From positions 1 through 62,165 of the IMG/VR virus record IMGVR_UViG_3300002307_000058: DNA of 62,165 nt, one strand, 5' to 3'. Every line of letters starts with the position of its first letter. Position 1 is the first letter of the stretch. This DNA is from a virus. Lineage: Duplodnaviria > Caudoviricetes. Below are positions 37,565 to 45,034 of this stretch, piece by piece. A program made the position numbers and the translations under genes. The notes beneath the pieces were generated by a model. The model saw only the letters and a list, made by a program, of their open reading frames with translations, had not been told where the DNA came from and ran no database searches.

Positions 37565-38829
37565 TGTCAGCCTCCGCAGCCGCAATGATGATGTCCGCAG
37601 GCGGCAACCTGCTGACCCGCTCCTACACGGGCAGCGGAACCGAGACCATTCCGACAGGCGCTACGTCCGTCAACATCCAGATCTGGGGAGGCGGCGGAGG
37701 CGGCGGATATGGGTCGACTAGCGCCCTGACCGATCCCGGCGCGGGCGGCGCGGGCGGCGGATATTCCCAGAAGACCTTGGCGATCTCCTCCGCGAACTGG
37801 GGGCAGACGTTCACCTACTCGGCAGGGGCCGTTGGACTTGGTGCGGTTCATCTGTCGACAGCGGCAACGGCAGGCGGTGCATCCGCCGTTGCCAACGGCA
37901 CCTTTCCGACAACGACGTCCATGACAGCAAACGGCGGCGGTTACGGTCAAAACGGCAACGGATCCGGAACTGCCCTGTCCGGACTTGGTGGCACGGCGAC
38001 AGGCGGCGACGTCAACATCAAAGGCCACCCGCAAACACAATACGAATATGCCTCTCAGTCCTATGGGGGCGCGTCCCCGAACGGCGGCGGGGTCCAGACG
38101 GCCTTCAGCACTGCCGGGGCCTCTCCCGGCGGCGGCGGCGGCGGCGGGAACTATTCCCCGTCCTATTCGTCCGGCGGCAATGGGGCGTCGGGCGTTGTTG
38201 TGTTCAGCTACATCACCGTTCCGACGTTCACGCCCGTCACCCGCACCTACACTCCGGGATCACCGGGGACGGGGACAGAGACGATTCCGTCCGGCGCATC
38301 GACCCTTCTCATTGAAATGTGGGGATCCGGCGGCGGTGGTGGCAAGGGCGACAACGCGGGCGGCAACCCCGGCGGTGGTGGCGGTGGCGGCGCATACTGC
38401 GCAAGAACGGTCTCTGTCGCTGGGCAGGCCGGGGCGACCTTCACCTACGCGGTCGGATCCGGCGGTGCAGGCGGGGCCATCGGCTCCACGACCGGCGGGA
38501 CGGGAACGGCCTCCACGACAGCGAACGGCACCTATCCCACGTCGACCAGCATGTCCGCTGGCGGCGGGCTTGGTGGCGCACCGGGCGCAACGACCGGCAA
38601 CCAAGGCGACGGCGGAAGCGCCACGGGCGGGACGACAAACACCCACGGGACGGGACTCGGTGGCACCATCCCCGATGGCGCAGCAGGTCCGCCCCCCGGC
38701 GGCGGCGCGACGCAGACCACGGCGGGTGCAGCAGGCAACCCTCCCGGCGGCGGTGGTGCTGGTGGCAACGTATCCGGAGGCAACGGCGGTGCTGGTGCTG
38801 GCGGACAGGTGAAATTCAGCTATACTTAA
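37564..38829 (+). CDS. Glycine-rich fibre protein, two tandem domains
   Basis: Duplicated GTETIP.GA....I..WG.GGGGG units. Confidence 0.75.
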   Translation: MSASAAAMMMSAGGNLLTRSYTGSGTETIPTGATSVNIQIWGGGGGGGYGSTSALTDPGAGGAGGGYSQKTLAISSANWGQTFTYSAGAVGLGAVHLSTAATAGGASAVANGTFPTTTSMTANGGGYGQNGNGSGTALSGLGGTATGGDVNIKGHPQTQYEYASQSYGGASPNGGGVQTAFSTAGASPGGGGGGGNYSPSYSSGGNGASGVVVFSYITVPTFTPVTRTYTPGSPGTGTETIPSGASTLLIEMWGSGGGGGKGDNAGGNPGGGGGGGAYCARTVSVAGQAGATFTYAVGSGGAGGAIGSTTGGTGTASTTANGTYPTSTSMSAGGGLGGAPGATTGNQGDGGSATGGTTNTHGTGLGGTIPDGAAGPPPGGGATQTTAGAAGNPPGGGGAGGNVSGGNGGAGAGGQVKFSYT

Positions 38830-38852
38830 ACTTACCCTGAAAGGGCATCTTT

Positions 38853-38975
38853 ATGAAAACGCTTCTCGCCACTCTCCTCGCGCTCTCGCTGGCAGCGTGC
38901 AGTCGCGTCCCGCACAAGGACGCTCCGGCAGGCCTGAGTAAGCCTGCGGACGTCGGACCCGCTCAGACTCGATAG
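38853..38975 (+). CDS. 40-aa lipoprotein (not in ORF track)
   Basis: MKTLLATLLALSLAAC lipobox; GAAAGGG RBS. Confidence 0.6.
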   Translation: MKTLLATLLALSLAACSRVPHKDAPAGLSKPADVGPAQTR

Positions 38976-39094
38976 GAGGGAAGACCGCGATGCTGGCCTC
39001 CCCAACGCCGAGGATAGACGCATTCCTTGAGACCCGAGCGCCCGCTTATGGTCGCCACCTTTCATTGGCCATTCAGAAGCTGGAGTCGAAAACA

Positions 39095-39463
39095 ATGAAT
39101 GACCGTCCGAACCTCCCGCCCAATGACGCGGCGCTGGAGCTCTTGCGCGAGTCGCTCACAGAGCAGAGGGCCATCAGGGGGGACGTGACCGGCATCAAGG
39201 AAGATCTGGGCGAGATCCGAGGCATGGACCTCAAAGGACGCTTTGAGAAGGTCGACAAGGTCCACGCTCAACTGGCCGAGGACATTCGCAAGGTGTCGGC
39301 TGACGTCAGCGCCGTCAAGACCGAGATCGTGGTCATCAAGACCGCGTCCGAGCCGGGAAAGTTCTTCGTGAAGGAGGGCCTGAAGGCGTCGCTGATGGCA
39401 GTCCTCGCCGCCATCGTCGGATGGGTCGCAGGCCACAGCGGGGAACTTCCCCCGCATCACTGA
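39095..39463 (+). CDS. Coiled-coil protein with C-terminal TM helix (lysis-associated)
   Basis: GGAG RBS; composition; position before holin. Confidence 0.6.
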   Translation: MNDRPNLPPNDAALELLRESLTEQRAIRGDVTGIKEDLGEIRGMDLKGRFEKVDKVHAQLAEDIRKVSADVSAVKTEIVVIKTASEPGKFFVKEGLKASLMAVLAAIVGWVAGHSGELPPHH

Positions 39464-39474
39464 GAGGGTGAACC

Positions 39475-39723
39475 ATGAAGATCGAGTCTGAGCTTCTCTC
39501 CGGGCAGGTGGTGGTGGCGCTGGCCATCACCCTCGCCCTTGTCATTCTTGGGGGGCTGCTGGTCGTGGCCGGGATCCTGACCCACAACATCGCCGTGGCC
39601 ATGTCTGCGGTCGGCCCGATCATCGGATCGCTGGCCACAGCCCTGAACGCGCCGACCGGCATCAGCAACGCCCTGAAGGCCAACAAGCCCGACGCGGATC
39701 CGCCCAAGGGTGACGCCGCATGA
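39475..39723 (+). CDS. Putative holin
   Basis: 82 aa, two hydrophobic segments, directly before endolysin. Confidence 0.6.
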   Translation: MKIESELLSGQVVVALAITLALVILGGLLVVAGILTHNIAVAMSAVGPIIGSLATALNAPTGISNALKANKPDADPPKGDAA

Positions 39724-40178
39724 CCGATCAGGACTTGCTGACCCTGTGCGCCTTCGAGGAGGCCAACGGCGAGATCGACGACGGCATCGCCGCTGTCGTC
39801 TATGTCATCCTTGAGCGCATGCGCCTCAAATTCCAATCGGACGGAACCATCCCCGGCACGGTGCTCAGGCACAACCAGTTCAGTTGGGTTGAGTGGGCCA
39901 TGGTCGACGGGCGCTACACCCGCGTCGCCACGACGCCCGACCAGATCAGCGCCCGCGTCGAGAGTCTGCTGGCCACGGCCAAGAGTTACACCAAGGCGTG
40001 GGCGCGCTGTTGTGGTATTGTGGAGCAGGTTCAGGACGGCGTCTATGCTGGGCCTCTGTTTGCCAAGCTGGAGCCGGGGACGGTCAACTATCTCAACCCG
40101 GCGATCTCGCACACGGCGTGGGCGACGCCGGACAAACTGGTCTGCGCCATAGGACACCACAATTTCTATCGAGCTTGA
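39720..40178 (+). CDS. Endolysin, SleB/Hydrolase_2 family
   Basis: EANGE...AV..VI..R, QFSW, IGHHNFY. Confidence 0.85.
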   Translation: MTDQDLLTLCAFEEANGEIDDGIAAVVYVILERMRLKFQSDGTIPGTVLRHNQFSWVEWAMVDGRYTRVATTPDQISARVESLLATAKSYTKAWARCCGIVEQVQDGVYAGPLFAKLEPGTVNYLNPAISHTAWATPDKLVCAIGHHNFYRA

Positions 40179-40188
40179 GGAGAGCACA

Positions 40189-40593
40189 ATGGCCATCATC
40201 AACGACGCCCTGAAGGGCAAGATTAGCTGGGAGACCGCCGCCGTCCAGATTGGGAACTGGTTTCAGCAGGTCGCCGGGCGTTCCATGACCGACCCGGTCG
40301 TCTCGCAAGCGGTCAACGCCCTTCAGACCGACGTCAAGCAAGGGGTGTCCAACGCTCTGGCTCTGGCGGACACTGAAATGGGCGTGCATCTGGCGGACGC
40401 AACCGCAACAATCGAAACGGCGGCGGACGCCATGCTAACCCGGCTCCTTGGTCCTGCGGCCATTGGCGCGGTCCCCATCGTCAATGCCGGGATCGAGACA
40501 GCCATGGGCGTGCTTCACTCCGCTCTCCACGCCAAGGAACTGGAGTGGAAGTCCAAGCTGACCTCGCCCACGACCCCGGCGGCGACAAAGTGA
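40189..40593 (+). CDS. Hypothetical protein
   Basis: GAGGAG RBS. Confidence 0.7.
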   Translation: MAIINDALKGKISWETAAVQIGNWFQQVAGRSMTDPVVSQAVNALQTDVKQGVSNALALADTEMGVHLADATATIETAADAMLTRLLGPAAIGAVPIVNAGIETAMGVLHSALHAKELEWKSKLTSPTTPAATK

Positions 40594-41066
40594 TCTGGCT
40601 GGCGCTCGCGTTGTGGACCTCCCCGGACGGGAGGTCCATGGACCAACTGATCGCCGCCCACGTCCTGCCGGACCCTGCGGTGAAGCCGGGCGTGCTCAAT
40701 CCCGCCGTCACGGACGGGACGATCAGGGCGACGATCTGCGTCCACGGGTGGACGGCCACGGTCCGGCCTCCGGCGTCTGTGACCGACAGGATGAAGGCCA
40801 AGGACACGCCTGCCGGTCACGTCCCGGCAGGCGGCGAGGAGGATCACCTGATCTCGATTGAGGATGGCGGATCGCCCACGGACCCGAAGAACCTCTGGTG
40901 GATGGTCTACGACGACCACTACGGGGCGAGGGTGAAGGACGTTCTGGAGACCCGGCTCCACCGACTGGTCTGCTCCGGGACAATCTCGCTCGACGACGCT
41001 CGGACCGCACTGGTCCCGAACTGGCTGGAAGGCTACGAGCGATATGTGGGAATGCTTCCGAAATGA
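40590..41066 (+). CDS. HNH-like (His-Me) protein
   Basis: EEDHLISIEDGGS....NLW motif; GTGA/ATGA coupling. Confidence 0.65.
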   Translation: MIWLALALWTSPDGRSMDQLIAAHVLPDPAVKPGVLNPAVTDGTIRATICVHGWTATVRPPASVTDRMKAKDTPAGHVPAGGEEDHLISIEDGGSPTDPKNLWWMVYDDHYGARVKDVLETRLHRLVCSGTISLDDARTALVPNWLEGYERYVGMLPK

Positions 41067-41479
41067 AACCTTCCGTGATTCCTGCCGCTGCTCTGCTGGC
41101 AATCTCGCTCGTGCTCCTTGGCGCTGCGGGCGCGTCGTGGTGGGACAGTCGCCCGGCGGGTGAGCCCAGCATTTCGTTTTGGTTCGTCCGCTGGACCGCG
41201 CCGGACAGTTTGTTGGCGCAGAGGGACAAAGCAAGATCAGATCTTGCTTTGTCCCTCGCCAACGAACGCCAACTGTCCTCGGCTCTGGACGCCCAGAACG
41301 CCGCTCTGGCCGATATTTCGGCCAAAGGGGAGATTGCACGGGAGAGGGCCGAAACCGCCGTGGCGCGCTACCGTAGCGAACTGGCGACGGCATCTGCGGC
41401 AAAACTCCCCACAACGGGGCCGGAGTGTTTTTCCGACGACGAGGCGTTCATCGCCTACCTGAAGGAGATCCAACCATGA
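41063..41479 (+). CDS. Rz-like inner-membrane spanin
   Basis: N-terminal TM then coiled coil with QNAA. Confidence 0.7.
   Translation: MKPSVIPAAALLAISLVLLGAAGASWWDSRPAGEPSISFWFVRWTAPDSLLAQRDKARSDLALSLANERQLSSALDAQNAALADISAKGEIARERAETAVARYRSELATASAAKLPTTGPECFSDDEAFIAYLKEIQP
41221..41257. repeat. 18-bp perfect inverted repeat with 1-nt spacer
   Basis: GAGGGACAAAGCAAGATC-A-GATCTTGCTTTGTCCCTC. Confidence 0.95.
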
Positions 41480-41757
41480 GAGCTTGGACCGCGCTGATCT
41501 TGGCCCTTGGTCTTGCGTCCTGCGGCAAGTCGATCCCGATCGTCGAGATTCACGAGGTCAAGATCCCCATCGCCGTGGACTGCGTCCCGAAGGACCTCCC
41601 GGCCCGGCCCGTGCTGGAGGACGAACCCGGCGCACTGTTGGCCGCTCAAAACGCTGCGGGCCGCGCCCGACTTTTGGAGAAGGGCTACGGGCCGCGTCGT
41701 GCGCGCCTGAACCTGCTTGAAGACGTCGTCTCTTCGTGTCAGACTGGACGTCCCTAG
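41476..41757 (+). CDS. Rz1-like outer-membrane lipoprotein spanin
   Basis: LALGLASC lipobox, Pro-rich linker. Confidence 0.75.
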   Translation: MRAWTALILALGLASCGKSIPIVEIHEVKIPIAVDCVPKDLPARPVLEDEPGALLAAQNAAGRARLLEKGYGPRRARLNLLEDVVSSCQTGRP

Positions 41758-41774
41758 CGGGGGTCACCTGACTT

Positions 41775-41810
41775 AAAGCCCGGAGAAGCAAAACTGCTCC
41801 TCCGGGCTTT
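41775..41810. terminator. Bidirectional terminator between late and early arms
   Basis: AAAGCCCGGAG...CTCCGGGCTTT. Confidence 0.75.
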
Positions 41811-41813
41811 CTC

Positions 41814-42140
41814 TTAAGCAAGGTCGACGGCGGACCAGAAGTCCTTGCGCTTGGAATCGACGATCATCTCGGGCTGACGCCCCATCGCCTTGTCCTCTGC
41901 GTTCCACTTGTCCGCGAGCTTGGCCATCTGCTGGAAGCTGTAAGCGGTGTTCTCGGACCGCCCGTTCTTGCCCTTCCGCCAGACCTGAAGGAACGGCAGG
42001 AGCACCACGCCTCGCGCCCGGTTGATCGCGAAGAACCGCTCCTTGTGGGCGGGGGTGCAGAACACCTTGCGCCCGGAGCAGGTCTCGAACTGAACGCTGC
42101 ACTGGGGGCAGACACGCTTGGCTTTGAATTTCTGGGCCAT
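41814..42140 (-). CDS. Zn-finger protein (CPQC...FC..H)
   Basis: GAGGAG RBS; own promoter TTGACG-N17-TAGGTT at 42180-42208. Confidence 0.75.
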   Translation of the reverse strand: MAQKFKAKRVCPQCSVQFETCSGRKVFCTPAHKERFFAINRARGVVLLPFLQVWRKGKNGRSENTAYSFQQMAKLADKWNAEDKAMGRQPEMIVDSKRKDFWSAVDLA

Positions 42141-42204
42141 CTCGGCTCTCCTCAGTTGCTACCAGCAGCAACCAAGGAGAACCTAGACCGTGTTACACGA
42201 CGCG

Positions 42205-42516
42205 TCAAATTCTTTCTTTGGCATCGTCCACGCCCGCGCACCATGCGGCGTGGGCCACGGTGTTAAGTGGGTAGGGAGAGGCCTGAAGAGGCTTCTCCCT
42301 ACCCAACCGATAAGCGGCATGCGCCGCCCCCGTCTGGCGGGGGCTTTCTTCTGGTTTGACCAGTCTGAAATAGTCGTAGATGGCTTTCAGTTCGTCCGAA
42401 AACATGTCGTCCCAGCCCTTCAGGATTTCGAGGATCCGCCGCCCCTGTCGTCGAGCGTAACGGTCCGTGCTGCGGTCGGCCAGATCACGGGCAATGATTT
42501 CGATGCGGTTGATCAT
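42205..42516 (-). CDS. Hypothetical protein with Rmf/CrpP-like C-terminal motif
   Basis: AY..G.......SPY.......AW..G. Confidence 0.5.
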   Translation of the reverse strand: MINRIEIIARDLADRSTDRYARRQGRRILEILKGWDDMFSDELKAIYDYFRLVKPEESPRQTGAAHAAYRLGREKPLQASPYPLNTVAHAAWCAGVDDAKERI

Positions 42517-44015
42517 CCGACGAACCCCAAGGTTTGCTGTGAGCGGGTGTAGGCGACATAGGCCAGATTGCCCTCTTGGGCCAGTTGCCAAGGCTGTCTG
42601 GCGGCTTTGGACGGGCAACGCAGGCTGTGCTCCCAGAGATAGACCCGAGGCCACTCACGGCCCTTGGAGCGGTGATAGGTGGCGAGCGTCAGAACGCCCT
42701 TGGCCCCATCAGCGAACAAGGCGTCGATGAAGTCGTTGACGTCGGCGACCATCGTGAGACCCCGGAGGATGCACTCGTTGCAGATCGCCTCGACCGTGGA
42801 CACCCGGTCCTCGACCTCCTCGACCTTGGAGTCGTTGCCCTTGGCCATGGCCTTCTGGATCTCTCGCTCGCGGTAGTCTTCCAGTTTGTCGAGGAAGGCC
42901 GCAATCGTCTTGACCTTCCAGCGCCCGGTCAGGGCCTTAAGGCCGTCACCGATGTTGCGGCCTTCGACCTTGCAAGGCGTCCCGGCCCTGATCAGCTTGT
43001 AGGCCAGTTCGATCAGGGGTGCGGTGTTGCGGCACAGGATCGCGTCCGTGGGCTGAAGGTCGTCCGGGAGCTTGTCGAGGTAGAGCACTTCGCCTTCCGG
43101 GGCCGTAGGCGCGGCCATGATGTCCGGAACCAGCCCTTGGGCCAGCCGGACCACCGCCTTGGGGCAACGCCACGTCACGGACAGGGGAAGTTCCTTGGCC
43201 CCCAGCGCCGCGATCATGTTCGGCAGAGCCTCGGCGTCCGCGCCGGAGAACCCGTAGATCGCTTGCGCCGGATCCCCGACCACGATCATGCGCCCGGTCT
43301 TGGGCTTCAGGAACTTCCGGGCCAGCGCCTGACGGCTGGGGCTCAGGTCCTGCGCCTCGTCAAGGAAGATGTAGTCCTTGCCGTAGCGGACCCGCATGTT
43401 CTTGATCAACGGGAACAGGATCATGTCGTCGAAGTCGATCACGTTGGTCTGGGCGAGAGACGCCCGGTAGATCTTCTGGGCGGCGTCGACGACCATGTCC
43501 GCGTCGCTCGTGTCGTCCAGACCGTTGACGTCGAAGTGGTCGGCCAATTCATGCCACACGCCCACGTCCCCGATCGGTTTGTCATTGAAGAAGCCGACCC
43601 CAGCTTGCTTGGCGTAGCGGACTAGCGCCGCGATCTGGGAGCGATACTGGTCGAAGACGTCCTCGTTCTGGAGGTCGATCAGGTCGAGCACCTTCTTGTC
43701 GTTGATCTTGGGCGGGACCGGATACTTCAGGAGGCCGAACCCCATGGAGTGAAGCGTGGCAGCCTGAACCTTTTGCCAGTTCGTGTGGCCCGCTTTCTTG
43801 AGCTTCTCGCCCACTTCGTCGGCGATGGCCTTGTTGTAGGCGCAGACGACGATCTCGGCCTGCGGGGAGTTTTTGACGATCTCGTCCACTGCGATCAGGA
43901 TCGTCGAGGTCTTGCCGCATCCTGCGCGGGCGACCAGCGCCAGATGACTGGTGGTCGTGACCAGTTCCTTGAGGAAGGCGTCTTGCTGGGGGGTGTTCTT
44001 CATGTCGATCTCCAT
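42513..44015 (-). CDS. UvrD/Rep-like SF1 helicase
   Basis: ARAGCGKT, LDEAQD, VGDPAQAIYGF, TYHRSKGRE, YVAYTR. Confidence 0.92.
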   Translation of the reverse strand: MEIDMKNTPQQDAFLKELVTTTSHLALVARAGCGKTSTILIAVDEIVKNSPQAEIVVCAYNKAIADEVGEKLKKAGHTNWQKVQAATLHSMGFGLLKYPVPPKINDKKVLDLIDLQNEDVFDQYRSQIAALVRYAKQAGVGFFNDKPIGDVGVWHELADHFDVNGLDDTSDADMVVDAAQKIYRASLAQTNVIDFDDMILFPLIKNMRVRYGKDYIFLDEAQDLSPSRQALARKFLKPKTGRMIVVGDPAQAIYGFSGADAEALPNMIAALGAKELPLSVTWRCPKAVVRLAQGLVPDIMAAPTAPEGEVLYLDKLPDDLQPTDAILCRNTAPLIELAYKLIRAGTPCKVEGRNIGDGLKALTGRWKVKTIAAFLDKLEDYREREIQKAMAKGNDSKVEEVEDRVSTVEAICNECILRGLTMVADVNDFIDALFADGAKGVLTLATYHRSKGREWPRVYLWEHSLRCPSKAARQPWQLAQEGNLAYVAYTRSQQTLGFVG

Positions 44016-44078
44016 CGAAGGCGGACCGGCTTCGCACCGGCAAGGAACAGTGTCACGTTTGAGAAAGAAAGGAAAGCG

Positions 44079-44750
44079 TTATTTCAGGGCCTCGATGTAG
44101 GTCTCGACCCGTTCGAGGATCTCCGGCCACGAGCGGGCGTAGTGGTCCCCGGCGTATGGGTCGGCTTCGCTGTCCTCGAAGGACGGGTGGCTCACATACC
44201 ACGGCTTGGAGTCCAGATCCGTGTGACGCTCGATCTCGACGCCGTGGAGCTTGGCCAGTCGCTTGGCCTTGGCTTTCGCAGGATCCGCCTTGGCTTTGGG
44301 CGGCGGGGAGAAGTCCTTGGCCGGGCCGACTTGGGTGATCTCGTAGACTTCATCGACCCTAGCCCGGCGGTGCGGGGCGTCCTTCAGGCCGACGATCTGG
44401 CCGGTGATCCCGCAGGCATATTGGAATCCTTGGACGACCAACCAGTGACCCCCGGCTGCGATCAGCCAGACCTTGCCGCCGCGCGTGGCCTTGGTGGCCT
44501 CCAGCCACTGGGTCAGGGTCTTGCGCCCGGCGTGGACGTAGACCCCGTGCATCCGCATGGAGTAGCCCAGCATCCGCAGGCCCTTGGCCATGTCGAAGGA
44601 GGCGGTTCCCATGATGGACCGCTTGCCGCTGACCAGCTTCAGGATCCCGGCGGCGTGGCCGGTGTCGATCCCGGCGATGATGGACAGGGCGGCGGGGCCG
44701 CACCATCTGTTGTGGCCCTTCTCGGGCTTGATGACGGGGCCGATTTTCAT
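44079..44750 (-). CDS. Papain/C39-like cysteine peptidase-fold protein
   Basis: WCGPAALS and GHWLVV motifs. Confidence 0.5.
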   Translation of the reverse strand: MKIGPVIKPEKGHNRWCGPAALSIIAGIDTGHAAGILKLVSGKRSIMGTASFDMAKGLRMLGYSMRMHGVYVHAGRKTLTQWLEATKATRGGKVWLIAAGGHWLVVQGFQYACGITGQIVGLKDAPHRRARVDEVYEITQVGPAKDFSPPPKAKADPAKAKAKRLAKLHGVEIERHTDLDSKPWYVSHPSFEDSEADPYAGDHYARSWPEILERVETYIEALK

Positions 44751-44959
44751 TCGTCGTCTTCCTCCGCGCTCCACTCTCCGCGCTCGATGGCTTCGGCCTT
44801 CTCGGCCTTGGCCAGTTCTTCGTTCCGGCGGACCGTCTCCTGCTCTCGCTCCCACTTGGCGGCGAGCCGGGCTTGAAGGATCGGATCCGCCATGTCCCGG
44901 TCATATTGAGCCGCTCGCTTCGCGGCCTCCTCTTCGAGGAACTTTTCAATGTCGTCCAT
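44747..44959 (-). CDS. Small charged hypothetical protein
   Basis: GGAG RBS; promoter TTGACG-N17-TAATCT at 44995-45023. Confidence 0.7.
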   Translation of the reverse strand: MDDIEKFLEEEAAKRAAQYDRDMADPILQARLAAKWEREQETVRRNEELAKAEKAEAIERGEWSAEEDDE

Positions 44960-45034
44960 ACGAACTCTCCCGCCGGTCTCTCACCGGCAACTGAAGATTA
45001 GGGGATATCCGCCTTGGCGTCAATCCCTTTCTTT

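Noticed and set aside
41221-41257. Protelomerase target (telRL)
   Set aside because: No protelomerase or partition genes seen, and the site lies within a lysis gene
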